Of a DNA stretch of 64,000 nt, positions 10,024 to 20,426 are shown piece after piece. The first letter of the stretch is position 1. Each line of letters begins with the position of its first letter. The notes below the pieces were generated by a model. That model did no database searches. It had not been told where the DNA came from and worked only from the letters and a program-made list of their open reading frames with translations. The position numbers and the translations under genes were made by a program. This DNA comes from Candidatus Iainarchaeum sp. Lineage in GTDB: Archaea > Iainarchaeota > Iainarchaeia > Iainarchaeales > VGJJ01. The DNA lies in assembly GCA_016699555.1 (NCBI GenBank), contig CP064981.1, positions 27,456-91,455 of the forward strand. Reading direction: 5' to 3'.

Positions 10024-10758
10024 TCAAGCCACCCTCGCTCGACGGCGGCGTTCTCGAGCATCCTCTTCCATCTTGATAGCGCGCTCACGACGGGCATCTT
10101 GGCGGCTGGCGCGCAAGGAATAAATGGTGTGGTGGCGTATCCGATGGATGTCCGCCCCCAGGTCACGATAGTGCGCCGCTTGGGCAGAATCCACTTCCTT
10201 GGCCTTGACGCGCAGATCACGCTGAAACCGACGCAATGCCCTAAGCGCGGCAGAGGTAGGCTCATACATCTGGATGAGGCGAACGGCACTCTGCTGGACC
10301 TTCGGATCCGGAGAACGCATCAGACGGATCAACGAGGGCATGAGTTCTCTGCGATAGGTATCGATCATGGCCGTATTGCCAGGGATGTCTTTGGACCACG
10401 TCGTCGCTGTCCTATCCCAATTTTCTTGCAACGCTTTGAGGGCCTCCAGCTGTACGGCAGGCGTGTCACGGGCCAATACCTCTTTTACCACGCGCGAGGC
10501 ACCCGCATTGAATTGGCGCACGAACGAACGGATGACCGCGCCACGTTGTTCAGGAGAGTCCGAATTGAGACGCTGCAAATTGGCATGCGCCGTGGGGTGA
10601 AATCCTTTCGGGATCTGCTCGAGCAAAAAATCGCGATAATTCATTCCACTCCCCACGGGCTTGCCTTTTGGCACTTTCATTTTAGCGTGGCGTCCTGCAC
10701 CGAATAAGCGTTGGTTGAGAGGGATTCGAGGACGCGATGGGCGCGGAGCGGAAGCCAT
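10024..10758 (-). CDS. Hypothetical alpha-helical protein (possibly HEAT-like), Arg-rich C-terminus
   Basis: 244-aa ORF; no catalytic motif recognised. Confidence 0.4.
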   Translation of the reverse strand: MASAPRPSRPRIPLNQRLFGAGRHAKMKVPKGKPVGSGMNYRDFLLEQIPKGFHPTAHANLQRLNSDSPEQRGAVIRSFVRQFNAGASRVVKEVLARDTPAVQLEALKALQENWDRTATTWSKDIPGNTAMIDTYRRELMPSLIRLMRSPDPKVQQSAVRLIQMYEPTSAALRALRRFQRDLRVKAKEVDSAQAAHYRDLGADIHRIRHHTIYSLRASRQDARRERAIKMEEDARERRRRARVA

Positions 10759-10830
10759 GTATCAAGGATGAAATCCGGGTATTTAATCTTCGCGGCGGAT
10801 GCGCGTGCACACGCTTAAATCCATGCGCAC

Positions 10831-11928
10831 ATGAACATGGGTATGGGCTTCGCGCAATTACTCGAAAAAGTGGTCTCCTTCATCAAGGACTCCCAGACCT
10901 CGCGCGAGAACGTGGGAAAAGCCATCCGCACGCTGAACGGAAAGCAATTGCAAGCGGTGGAAGCAGGGGAACAGCAGCTCGCGTATGGACTCCAAAAGCC
11001 CCTTCTGCAAGGCAAGTTCGCCGGAGTGGATTCCGGATTCATCTCACAGAGCTTCTATGCGCTGGACCTGATGATGATCCGTTCCGCGGGCGTGTGCTTC
11101 GAATATGAGAAAGGGAAGGTCGCGCGATCCAATTACTTCCCCAACTCCTTCGGACCGCCAGAGCCCATCGTGAATACGGACGGATTGGAGAAAGACGAAT
11201 TCCACAAATTCGTTTCCTTGACCCGATTGCAAGCCGAAGCGAACAATGCCGCTGCGCTCATCCGCGAGCACAAACCCCACGTGCTGTTCATCGATGGAAG
11301 CCTCATCCCCATGCCCGCGGACAAACCCGGGAGCGATTCCAAGCTCAAGAAAGAATACCATCAGACCATCGAAGCATTCCAATACCTCTACGCGGCCGCG
11401 CGCGAGCATGATTGTTTGCTCATCGGCACGATCGAAGACTCGCGCTCGGAGCGATTGAAGGAATTGCTCAAGGAAAAGATACTTCCCAAGCACGAATTGC
11501 AACTGGACGGGATGAACTCCCTGCAGGACGCATCCATCCTCGACAAGACGCTCAACGCAGGAGAGAGGAGCTTCGCTTTCACCTATGCAGCTGATACGCA
11601 CAAGCACGCTATCCTCATGGACTTCCCCTTCCCCATCGCATCCCAGTTGCACGCGTGCTATGTGAAGCCTTCGCAGTGGGATTACCCCATCCGCTGCGAA
11701 TTCTTTTCAAACGCAGAAAATCTCACTATCACCGCTACGCGCGTGGGGGAATACGTTTATGCGCAGTCGTCGCTGCACAAGGAATACGCATTCCCATCCG
11801 TTCTGATCGAAGCCGACCTGCGCGCGGGATTGAAGCCCGAAGAGATCGAGATGGTCTCGGACAAGATATTTTCCAAAGTGGGAAGGCACACCATCCACTT
11901 ACGACGAAGAGACCGCAGGCCCTTTTAG
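10831..11928 (+). CDS. nurA: NurA 5'-3' nuclease
   Basis: N-terminal GVDSGF and central HVLFIDGSLIP match NurA-domain catalytic aspartate motifs; length 365 aa. Confidence 0.7.
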   Translation: MNMGMGFAQLLEKVVSFIKDSQTSRENVGKAIRTLNGKQLQAVEAGEQQLAYGLQKPLLQGKFAGVDSGFISQSFYALDLMMIRSAGVCFEYEKGKVARSNYFPNSFGPPEPIVNTDGLEKDEFHKFVSLTRLQAEANNAAALIREHKPHVLFIDGSLIPMPADKPGSDSKLKKEYHQTIEAFQYLYAAAREHDCLLIGTIEDSRSERLKELLKEKILPKHELQLDGMNSLQDASILDKTLNAGERSFAFTYAADTHKHAILMDFPFPIASQLHACYVKPSQWDYPIRCEFFSNAENLTITATRVGEYVYAQSSLHKEYAFPSVLIEADLRAGLKPEEIEMVSDKIFSKVGRHTIHLRRRDRRPF

Positions 11929-11947
11929 CAAGAGCCAAAAAACCCGA

Positions 11948-12295
11948 TTACTTGCCCTCTGGCGGCAAATACGGGGATGCAGGAAGTGCATGAATCCAGT
12001 CTCGCCGGGGCCCTTCCCCATGGATCAATACACTCGCATTCTCTCCCAAACGGAAGTGCGCGAAATACGATGAACGAAAATCATCCAATTCCGGGTGCTC
12101 TTTGCTCCCCGCGAAATGAATCCAGGAAATCAATCCATCCGCGTACGTCGACTCATCCGCTCCACTTTCTACGTGCTTCCATGGATCGGGAATACCCACT
12201 TGACCATACGGATTCACAGACGTCTGCGCCGATACCAGCATGGCCAGCCCCAGCACTAGCAACAGCCCACTTGCCCAGACCACGAATCGTTTCAT
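11948..12295 (-). CDS. Small secreted protein (Sec signal peptide)
   Basis: MKRFVVWASGLLLVLGLAMLVSAQT signal peptide. Confidence 0.4.
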   Translation of the reverse strand: MKRFVVWASGLLLVLGLAMLVSAQTSVNPYGQVGIPDPWKHVESGADESTYADGLISWIHFAGSKEHPELDDFRSSYFAHFRLGENASVLIHGEGPRRDWIHALPASPYLPPEGK

Positions 12296-12389
12296 TCCAT
12301 CACCTTACAAGACCCACGCGACACGCGAAGCTTTTAAGCGAATCATATCCGCGCACGAAATATTTCGAACAAGTTTGACGATTGCCTAA

Positions 12390-13688
12390 TTATTCGACCG
12401 GAAGAAATTGTTGCATCCGGTCATAGGGGACATTATACTGCTGTACCGTCATGCACGCATATTTTTCCCCCAAATCGGGCATATTCTTATCCGCGACCAT
12501 ACAGTTTCCAATGAAACTGAAATCATCTGGAGAAAAATAAACCGTATACGGCGCAACCGCAATACGCGCACCCGGGTTGTCCGTATAACCCAAATACTCG
12601 TCTACACGCCCCGTCGCATAATAGGCACGCACCACGTCATCATAGTTGATTTTCCCCGTCTTCACGTAATTATCGGGCATCTGGTCGAAAGGACCATCAT
12701 ACCAGTTATTCGCCAGCACATTCTCGCCTTTCGCGCCCACCAAGAGTTTGCGCTTATTCTCGACATCATGGAAGAAGACCAAATCCGTCCGATTGCCGCG
12801 GATGAGTTTTTTCTCGGGGAGATATTGGTGGAATTGTTCCGGGACAAACACATCCTCATCCAACACCCAATACACACGATTCGTCTTCTGATTATACAAC
12901 AGGAAAAAATTCAATCCACTCTCATCGAACGTCGTGCCGATATATTTTTCCTCTGGCAGGAGCCCGAATGAGTGTGGAGGCGCCAGCCCCACGTCATTGA
13001 GGATGAATTTCACCGTCTTGTTCTCCACGGTAACATCATACTCAAAATCCGAAATCTTTTTCACGAAAACACCATTGGCATCCGTGTACTCGGCACCGTT
13101 CCCAATCCTTTCACTGCCCAATTCCAACGCAGGATTCTCGTCATACACGATATAGCCCATCCCGAAATGACCCGTATCGCGATCCTTGGCGAACAAGGAA
13201 AAGGAACCCTTCACATTATACCCGTGCGCCGTAAAACGGAAATAGAAATAATTCTCGGTGGGATACACCACCACTCTGTCGGGGAGATTGGCAAAAATAT
13301 AATTCAATACCGTCCACGAATCAAAAAGATTCAAGTCCGAGTTAAGACCATCGATGTATTCGAAATTCGTGAGTAGTGACCCATTCGAAGAGCCCGCAAG
13401 CCCGAACGAATTGTTGGCAGGAGAAGACGCCACGGGGAATGAGGGAGAAGAAATGCTCGACAAATTAGATTGAGCACCGCCGGGTGGAGAAGCCGGCGAG
13501 TAGAAAAATATCATATAGCCAAACGCCACGATAATGAGCGCAATCAACACCCATTGATGCATCCCTCCTCCAACGCGCGCAAACGCGCGATCATCCACAC
13601 CAGCCAATCCTTTTTCCATTCCAATCACATCCACTACCGCGTATGCGGGTGCAACATTATTTAATGGCACTCCATGGCCCGGAGTCAC
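12390..13688 (-). CDS. Hypothetical secreted/membrane-anchored protein
   Basis: 432-aa ORF with an N-terminal hydrophobic anchor and a Ser/Asn-rich linker. Confidence 0.5.
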   Translation of the reverse strand: MTPGHGVPLNNVAPAYAVVDVIGMEKGLAGVDDRAFARVGGGMHQWVLIALIIVAFGYMIFFYSPASPPGGAQSNLSSISSPSFPVASSPANNSFGLAGSSNGSLLTNFEYIDGLNSDLNLFDSWTVLNYIFANLPDRVVVYPTENYFYFRFTAHGYNVKGSFSLFAKDRDTGHFGMGYIVYDENPALELGSERIGNGAEYTDANGVFVKKISDFEYDVTVENKTVKFILNDVGLAPPHSFGLLPEEKYIGTTFDESGLNFFLLYNQKTNRVYWVLDEDVFVPEQFHQYLPEKKLIRGNRTDLVFFHDVENKRKLLVGAKGENVLANNWYDGPFDQMPDNYVKTGKINYDDVVRAYYATGRVDEYLGYTDNPGARIAVAPYTVYFSPDDFSFIGNCMVADKNMPDLGEKYACMTVQQYNVPYDRMQQFLPVE

Positions 13689-14401
13689 AATCCAAGCGCA
13701 CGATAGATATCCGAAATCGCATCACGGTGACCGTTCCTCTCTAATGCATCAAAGAAAACAAGCACGCGTGCATCAGGAGTGTTACGTCGAATAGTACGAA
13801 GCAACGTGGGGTCCTTCCAAAATGCGCGCGCCGGCCCTGCAGAGCCGCCATTCGCACGCTTGCAAGCATCGAATAGCCGGGGGACTGCATCCAAGTAACC
13901 CGCTACTTCGCGCGGAGAAAGATCGGGGCTCAATTGTGTTGCCATTTCGGATAGCGTAACGACCGTCTTGGCAGAAATCTCAGGAAACCCGCGCAGCCTG
14001 CCTTTAGGATCTTGCGCATCGGGCTTCCCGTCCAGGGCCTCTACCCACTGCCGTGCCACGCTGCGGACAAATTCTTCGCGCTTAGCAGGAGGGAGGTGAT
14101 TGCCTAAAATAGCATGGTGCTTACCCCCAATCACGTCGACCAAATGCTCAGCCTGCAAATCCTTCACGGTGTATTTCCACAATTCATTCGCGTGCAAAGG
14201 CATTACACGCACCGCCGGGGGCTTACCATTCTTCGGAGGATGGGTGCGCTTCCAGGCTTCTCTGCCTCCAACCCCTAGCGCCGTCGCGACTGCCGCCACG
14301 AGAATCCATTTCTTGGTCCTGGAATTCCACACACGCTTCGTCAGTCGGCGCATGCGCACGAAGCGCGGCTTGCGGGGGGTAGGAGGGGCCATGCGACTCA
14401 C
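13685..14401 (-). CDS. Hypothetical membrane-anchored protein
   Basis: N-terminal basic stretch followed by WILVAAVATALGV; ATGA overlap with the upstream gene. Confidence 0.45.
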   Translation of the reverse strand: MSRMAPPTPRKPRFVRMRRLTKRVWNSRTKKWILVAAVATALGVGGREAWKRTHPPKNGKPPAVRVMPLHANELWKYTVKDLQAEHLVDVIGGKHHAILGNHLPPAKREEFVRSVARQWVEALDGKPDAQDPKGRLRGFPEISAKTVVTLSEMATQLSPDLSPREVAGYLDAVPRLFDACKRANGGSAGPARAFWKDPTLLRTIRRNTPDARVLVFFDALERNGHRDAISDIYRALGL

Positions 14402-14408
14402 AAGCTAT

Positions 14409-15848
14409 TCATGGATTAAAAACATACGTCGTAGGACCGTGTTCCGCTTCGGGACTCGTTGAGTGCTGCCAACCGGGTTCGGTGTACGAGGATGGGGGCA
14501 CCGACTTTCCGTTGCCGGAAAACCCTTGCACCGATTGGTGGATCCAGTCGTTAGGAACATAGTATGTGTCGTCGGGACCGCCATTCACGTGACTATTTCC
14601 CGTCCCAGGAGCGTAACGCGTGTGGTCGGGCGAACTGGGGTTGAAAATGTGAGCGGTGCCGGGACTAACATAATCCGTTGCATCCACGCGCAAACGACCG
14701 CCGGGATTCAATCCAACACCCGGATTTGGCCAAGTGCCTCCCCACTCGGTCGCGTGAAAGAATCCTGGAGGCACATAGGTGGTGTACTCTCCGTAATCTG
14801 AATTCGAGACATGAAACCAGCCCGGGGGCAAATAATTCGTTGCCGAGTCCTCGGGCTCCATCAATCCGCCTCCATTGCTGGAAGGAGGAGAAAGCGTCGC
14901 ATGGAAATAATCCCCCGGAAGATAATTGGTCGTGTTGGGGCCCAGCGCCTTATGTTCCCACCCGGGAGGATGCCATGTCGTAGCAAAGGGGCCAGCCGTG
15001 ATGTGATCCCACCCCGCTGGAGCATAACTGGATGCCAACGGTCCCGCAACCGATTTGTGCTCGTGCGGAGCATAACGCGTAGTGTCCGGACCATATTTGA
15101 TGTGAGTCGCATCCGTGAGACCAGGACCCCAAACATAGGTAGAATTCTGAGCCTGATCCGGGGACTCAAAAATGTGAAAGCCACCAGGTCCAATCAAATC
15201 CGTCTGGTCGGGGCCGGGTTCGCTACCATGGAAGCCGGTGCCGCCAAACCCTCCGCCGGGTGGAAGCCACATCGTCGTGAGTGCTTGGTGATACCAGTCG
15301 GGCCCGACATACACCGTCTGATGGGGCCCGGGAAAATTCTTGTGACTCCAGCCCGGAGGAAAATAGCGAGTGTAATCAGGACCCTGAATCGCTCCGTGCA
15401 CCATATCCGTACGGATGACACGCGTCTTTTCAGGACCCGAAGCCACGTGGACAAGCCACGTATAAGTCGTGTGATCGGGATAGCCAGGATTATAGATATG
15501 ATGAAATACACGCCCCGTGGTGGGAGGCAATTGACGCGTGGCTTCTGTGCCATCGAAGACGTGCAATGTCGTAGGATTCAAGCCCCCGGTGGTATGATCA
15601 ACCGTATTGAAAGGGCCCTGTCCACTCGAAGGAACAGGCTCTCTGCCCGAACCCGAAGGCGGACGCGCGGATTGCAGTTCAATCCCGGGATCAGCCTCCA
15701 AATGCGAATCAGCCATGGGCAACACCACAAGGCCAGTGGACATCGACAACACGGCATCACGAGGAATGGCAATCATCCCTAGCGCCAAAAAAAATAAGCC
15801 AACCACTACTACCGCATACACGATTACTCGCATGAAAAAAACCACCAA
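14409..15848 (-). CDS. Secreted protein made of about 12 tandem 24-aa repeats (GP[DN]xTxY-PPGW-H)
   Basis: N-terminal TM helix; repeated YxPPGWxH / GPDTTRYAP units visible by eye. Confidence 0.5.
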   Translation of the reverse strand: MVVFFMRVIVYAVVVVGLFFLALGMIAIPRDAVLSMSTGLVVLPMADSHLEADPGIELQSARPPSGSGREPVPSSGQGPFNTVDHTTGGLNPTTLHVFDGTEATRQLPPTTGRVFHHIYNPGYPDHTTYTWLVHVASGPEKTRVIRTDMVHGAIQGPDYTRYFPPGWSHKNFPGPHQTVYVGPDWYHQALTTMWLPPGGGFGGTGFHGSEPGPDQTDLIGPGGFHIFESPDQAQNSTYVWGPGLTDATHIKYGPDTTRYAPHEHKSVAGPLASSYAPAGWDHITAGPFATTWHPPGWEHKALGPNTTNYLPGDYFHATLSPPSSNGGGLMEPEDSATNYLPPGWFHVSNSDYGEYTTYVPPGFFHATEWGGTWPNPGVGLNPGGRLRVDATDYVSPGTAHIFNPSSPDHTRYAPGTGNSHVNGGPDDTYYVPNDWIHQSVQGFSGNGKSVPPSSYTEPGWQHSTSPEAEHGPTTYVFNP

Positions 15849-15987
15849 TCCCAGTGATACATCACCCCCGCACTCCTAAATATATAAGTCTTCGGCATAA
15901 TGCGCCAATAGAATAAGACAATTGTTGAATTATCCCCTACTGGCGCAAGGCCAAACCTAATATACGTCGGAAGCCGCAATCATCTGA

Positions 15988-16752
15988 ATGCCCAGGACCA
16001 TTCAAGAGATGCAAACAGAGTTGCAGAAATTGCTCAAGAAACGGGAGAACGAACACCCCTTCGTGCACCTCGCAGCGTTCATGGAAGAGACCGCGGAACT
16101 ATCGCAGGATTTGAGCCAACACCTCGCGGACAAATATCATGCCACTCCAGAAGAAAAAACACAAACCGAAGAACGAATAGGAGATGTGCTCGTGAGCGTA
16201 GCGGCGCTCGCCAATTATCTCGGAATGGACTTGGAATCCGCCTACGAAAAGAGCATCCGAAAAGTACGCGCACGCCATCATACGGAGTGGACGCTGAAGG
16301 ACGCGCTTGCATATCAGGCGGGAGAGAAACACTTCGTTTTTGACTCTCCCACGAATTGGCTGGAACAATTGAAGCTGGAATTCCAGAACATCCCCGTCCA
16401 CATCGATAACGACCTCCGCATATCCGAGAAGTTCCTCCCATGGCTGCAAGAAGGAAAGAAGAAAACCCTCTTCCGATTCGAAAAAAATGCCATTTGCGTC
16501 CCTTCAGCGCCGGAGTTGGTGCTATATGAGAGCAGCGCCGAGCCCTTGCTCACGCTGGGAACCATCGCGCTCACGGGATTCATCATCAAACCCTTCCGGG
16601 AGCTGCATGATGAGGATGCCCGCGCACAGGGATACAATTCCAAAATCGAATTCATCACCGCGATGAAAAACCTCTATGAGCCGCGCGGGTTGACGGATGA
16701 CTCGTTGATTTCCCTCTATCACATCCAGGGATTCAAGACCATGAACGGATGA
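15988..16752 (+). CDS. MazG-like NTP pyrophosphohydrolase fused to an ASCH/PUA-like domain
   Basis: EETAELSQ...EERIGDVLVSVAALANYLGMDLE is a MazG/HisE-like all-alpha NTP-PPase motif. The C-terminal half is ASCH-like (EGKKKTLFRF). Stop overlaps the herA start (ATGA). Confidence 0.55.
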   Translation: MPRTIQEMQTELQKLLKKRENEHPFVHLAAFMEETAELSQDLSQHLADKYHATPEEKTQTEERIGDVLVSVAALANYLGMDLESAYEKSIRKVRARHHTEWTLKDALAYQAGEKHFVFDSPTNWLEQLKLEFQNIPVHIDNDLRISEKFLPWLQEGKKKTLFRFEKNAICVPSAPELVLYESSAEPLLTLGTIALTGFIIKPFRELHDEDARAQGYNSKIEFITAMKNLYEPRGLTDDSLISLYHIQGFKTMNG

Positions 16753-18350
16753 ACGCCATCCAAACGCATAAAATGGTAGCAGGACGTCCATGGTGTATGG
16801 ATGACAAAGAAATAGGCACGGTCATTTCCTCCCTCGAAGGACCTTCTCCCACGGAAGTGGATTTCGTCGTCACGCAAGGAAAGGTGCACCGCGGGCAGTT
16901 CGTGGAAATCCCGTATGCGGATGGGAAGATGATGTGTCTCGTGGAGAACGTCATCAAGACCAACAAATACTTCGAGCGCGCCGATAGCGTCAAGGAATTC
17001 GAGTCGCAAGGGACGAAACTCTTCGAACAGTTCCCCGTGCACGAGTGGGAATACTTGCTTGCGAAGACGAAACCGCTAGGATTGTTCGTGGAAGGAGAAA
17101 AACAAATACGCCGGCCCTCATTCCCACCCTCGCCCGGAAGCAAAGTGTTCAATGCGCATCCCGAGAACATTGTGCAATTCCTCGGACTGGATACCGAAAA
17201 AGGGATGCAACTCGGAAAGCTGGAATTCCATCCCGTGGAAGTGAAAGTGAATCTTTCAAAGCTATTGCAGAAACACCTCGCGATTTTGGCGATGAGCGGA
17301 AGCGGAAAATCCTATACGGTCTCTTGCCTCCTCGAAGAGCTCCTCAATCGCAAGGCCGAGCATGGGCGCGTGGGAATAGTGGCATTCGATGTGCACGGGG
17401 AATACACCAATTTTGCAGAACCCCCATCGGATGCAAAATATACTGATTTCTCCACGCGCACTCGACTCATCCGCGCACGCGATTTGCGGATTGGCGTACC
17501 CAAAATATCCGCAACCCTATTCGGGAGCCTCATGCCCAATGCCTCTCCCGCACAGAAACGCGAACTCGGGAAGATCATCGAGGAGCTGCAGAAGAAGATG
17601 AAAGAAGGATATGGCGCCTACGATTTGAACGACATCCGTGCGGCGCTTCTCGCAGAGCTCAATGAAAAAGAAGGAAAGAATACGACCATCCAGACGCTCT
17701 TGGGATGGTTGTATGAATTAGAAGAGCTGCACCTCTTTGGCAAAGCCGATAATCCATCGCTATTGGACTTGGTGCAGCCCGGGATACTGACCGTGGTGGA
17801 CCTCAACGATGTGCTGTCGCAGAAAAAAAAGCAAGTCATCGTCTCTTACTTGGCCAATCGCCTCTTCAATGAGCGACGCAGCAAGACGATCCCTCTAACG
17901 GTCATCGTGTTGGAAGAAGCCCACAATTTCATCCCCCAAAACACCCCCAAAGAGGGAAGCATGAGCAAGTATGTTTTCCGAACGATTGCGCGCGAGGGAA
18001 GAAAATTCGGCGTGAGCTTGTGCTTGATATCGCAGCGACCGGTGCAGTTGGATACTACTACACTCTCTCAGTGCAATACCCAATTGCTCTTGCGCATTAC
18101 CAATCCCTATGACATCAAGCACATCGGAGAGAGCTCAGAAGGACTCTCGGGAGAAAGCGCATCCATGTTGAATTCCCTGCGCGTGGGAGAAGGAGTATTA
18201 GTGGGAGAAGCCGTGAACGCGCCCGTGTTCTTCAAAGTACGCGAACGCAAATCACAACCCAGCAAGCACGAGGGAACGCTCGAGAAGGCGGGGATCGATT
18301 ATGAAGTCAACGCGGCGAAGAACAGGAAAGAGACGGAAGACTTGCTGTAG
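16749..18350 (+). CDS. herA: HerA DNA helicase/translocase
   Basis: Walker A AILAMSGSGKSYTV, Walker B VIVLEEAHNF, FtsK/HerA-type C-terminal region; 533 aa. Confidence 0.85.
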   Translation: MNAIQTHKMVAGRPWCMDDKEIGTVISSLEGPSPTEVDFVVTQGKVHRGQFVEIPYADGKMMCLVENVIKTNKYFERADSVKEFESQGTKLFEQFPVHEWEYLLAKTKPLGLFVEGEKQIRRPSFPPSPGSKVFNAHPENIVQFLGLDTEKGMQLGKLEFHPVEVKVNLSKLLQKHLAILAMSGSGKSYTVSCLLEELLNRKAEHGRVGIVAFDVHGEYTNFAEPPSDAKYTDFSTRTRLIRARDLRIGVPKISATLFGSLMPNASPAQKRELGKIIEELQKKMKEGYGAYDLNDIRAALLAELNEKEGKNTTIQTLLGWLYELEELHLFGKADNPSLLDLVQPGILTVVDLNDVLSQKKKQVIVSYLANRLFNERRSKTIPLTVIVLEEAHNFIPQNTPKEGSMSKYVFRTIAREGRKFGVSLCLISQRPVQLDTTTLSQCNTQLLLRITNPYDIKHIGESSEGLSGESASMLNSLRVGEGVLVGEAVNAPVFFKVRERKSQPSKHEGTLEKAGIDYEVNAAKNRKETEDLL

Positions 18351-18352
18351 TA

Positions 18353-18901
18353 TCATTTTTTCAAAAAATAATCCAAAATCAATTCCATCCCCGCTTTGCG
18401 TGTCTTTTCTTTCAGCGAGAAAATGGACTCGCTCGCTTCAAGGGCAAATCTCTTCTGCGCGATGACCTCTCCTGTGTCCATGCCTTCATCGATCACATGC
18501 AGCGTGGGACCGCTCTCAAGGGGTTTGGCCTGCAGGATATCACGATAGACCTTTTCGGGCAAGCCCTTGAATTGGGGCAAGAGCGAGGGATGGAGATTCA
18601 GCACCTTGCGCGGGAACACATCCAAGACGCGATTGGAAAAAAGCAAATCGAATTCCCATGCGATCACCACATCCACGCGGTGGCCCATCCACTCCTCCAA
18701 CAGGGCAAACTCAAACGCCTCGTGGGACGGGAAATCTTCTCTTCGGAGCATGCGCACCGGGAACTGATCCGAACGCATATGGCCGCGATTGCATATCACT
18801 TGGACCAATTCCACATCGGGAAGGGGATTGTTCCACCATTGCGCGAGCCAGAAACCCAGCTCGGGAGAAGAAGTGATGACGGCTACGCGGGTCTGGACCA
18901 T
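18353..18901 (-). CDS. purN: Phosphoribosylglycinamide formyltransferase (formyl-transferase domain)
   Basis: NLHPSLLPQFKG and HVIDEGMDTGEVIAQ motifs. Confidence 0.65.
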   Translation of the reverse strand: MVQTRVAVITSSPELGFWLAQWWNNPLPDVELVQVICNRGHMRSDQFPVRMLRREDFPSHEAFEFALLEEWMGHRVDVVIAWEFDLLFSNRVLDVFPRKVLNLHPSLLPQFKGLPEKVYRDILQAKPLESGPTLHVIDEGMDTGEVIAQKRFALEASESIFSLKEKTRKAGMELILDYFLKK

Positions 18902-19007
18902 AACTATTACTCATCCCCCAGAACTAAAACCCCATGGTTCCAACGCCCTAGCAATGGCGGTTTGGGGTTGGAATAGGGATAAGCTTGCACAAAACCGCGT
19001 GTAGTGC

Positions 19008-20297
19008 ATGCATCCCAATGCGTATAGTTTAGTTCATGCAGCGGCAGCCACCGATAAGCCTGCCATTCATGTGGTCTTCTCCACTCCCCTGAAGAAAGTG
19101 ACGAAGCAGTACGCATTCTTCCCCTCACTCTACCTCCCCCGCACTTCCACTAATCTCTTCGAAACCATCCTCCAATCCTCCACATTCCCCAAGCACCAAT
19201 GCATCACGCACGCACAAAGCCTGCAAATCATTGCACGCGATTTCTTAGAGCTCAAAAAAATCGCATTTTCTATTTTTGCTCAAACCAATTATCTCCCATT
19301 ACTCGTTGAACCCGAAAGGCAATTCCTCCTCACGCAGAAGTGGAGGTATTTCCAGGCATTCGATGAACAATTCAAACCGCTCCCCTACTCTTTTACCGAT
19401 GCACAACTCCCGGGATTCGTCGAGCCCATCTATGCCACGCTCAAAAGCCTGCACGTGCATAACCCCAAAATGCAAGCGGAATGGAATGAACGCATCACGT
19501 GCGCGCACGAGCTATTGCACCCCATCACGGAGAAGCTACTCACGCTCAATGAGAAAGTGGAAATGAGTTTGGATAACCAACTCTTCTCCAAGCAAATGCC
19601 TCTCCCCATCGAGACGGCAACGCCCATCGAAACCATCCAATGGAGCGTGGCACAGCGCGAAGAAGCCAAGCAGCGCATCATCACCACGCCCCTTGATGCG
19701 GAAGGGAAATGCAGCTGCTGCATCCCGCGCTCTTTCATGGAAGCGCATGTGCTGCCCCACAGCATGGTAAAGGCAACCACCACGCAGGACGGGCTCTATA
19801 TCCACACGCAACACGCCCCCACCAGCCAGCAATTCCACGCCGCGCAACCCGGAAAAGAAAAAAGAGAGGCGCGCGCAAAAGAGTATGCGCTCAACCATTA
19901 TCCTCTTGGACCGCTCGTGCGCAATCAAACCATTACGCTTCCCCTGCAAGAAGCCATCCAAGAGATGCGCACGGGAAATGTGAAGATCGCATTTTCCCCC
20001 GCCGAGGCCAAGTGGAAGTGCAGGAATGAGACGCCTTTTGCACTGCAAGCCGCCCAACAATCCATGCACCAACGCGCACAACTGCATGCCCAACAACAAA
20101 ATGCATTGCTCCAACCCTACATGACGCAGTTCCAACTCTATTACACCCAATTCGCCGCCCAAGACCCGCGCGTGCAGCTCCATGTGCAGGCCGAAAAGCT
20201 CTCCCAGCAGGTGCAGGAAAACATGCCCTGGCACCTCATCCGCGGAGACACCAAGTGGCGAAGCAAATCCCTCACGAATAGCCTCCTCATCGGATAG
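19008..20297 (+). CDS. Hypothetical Gln-rich protein
   Basis: 429-aa ORF; no domain recognised. Confidence 0.4.
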   Translation: MHPNAYSLVHAAAATDKPAIHVVFSTPLKKVTKQYAFFPSLYLPRTSTNLFETILQSSTFPKHQCITHAQSLQIIARDFLELKKIAFSIFAQTNYLPLLVEPERQFLLTQKWRYFQAFDEQFKPLPYSFTDAQLPGFVEPIYATLKSLHVHNPKMQAEWNERITCAHELLHPITEKLLTLNEKVEMSLDNQLFSKQMPLPIETATPIETIQWSVAQREEAKQRIITTPLDAEGKCSCCIPRSFMEAHVLPHSMVKATTTQDGLYIHTQHAPTSQQFHAAQPGKEKREARAKEYALNHYPLGPLVRNQTITLPLQEAIQEMRTGNVKIAFSPAEAKWKCRNETPFALQAAQQSMHQRAQLHAQQQNALLQPYMTQFQLYYTQFAAQDPRVQLHVQAEKLSQQVQENMPWHLIRGDTKWRSKSLTNSLLIG

Positions 20298-20426
20298 GGA
20301 TCCAACCCCCAATAGAACCCCATAAAACCCGCTTTTGGCCTGTTTGAGAGCCACCCAAGATTGCCTTTATATAGGTTTCTTAGGAGTTTTTGGTTATTAT
20401 CCCCCGAAAAGGGAGCCTGAACCACT

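Noticed and set aside
9769-10707. 312-aa plus-strand ORF overlapping the 10024..10758 minus-strand gene
   Set aside because: His/Arg/Gly-rich low-complexity translation, and it uses alternative start codons. The minus-strand ORF was preferred, with low confidence either way.
14811-15782. 323-aa plus-strand ORF antisense to the PPGWxH repeat gene
   Set aside because: Arg-rich repetitive translation produced by the periodicity of the sense-strand repeats.
19536-20354. 272-aa minus-strand ORF antisense to the 19008..20297 ORF
   Set aside because: Leu/Gly/Arg-rich shadow translation. The plus-strand ORF is longer and fills the intergenic space.
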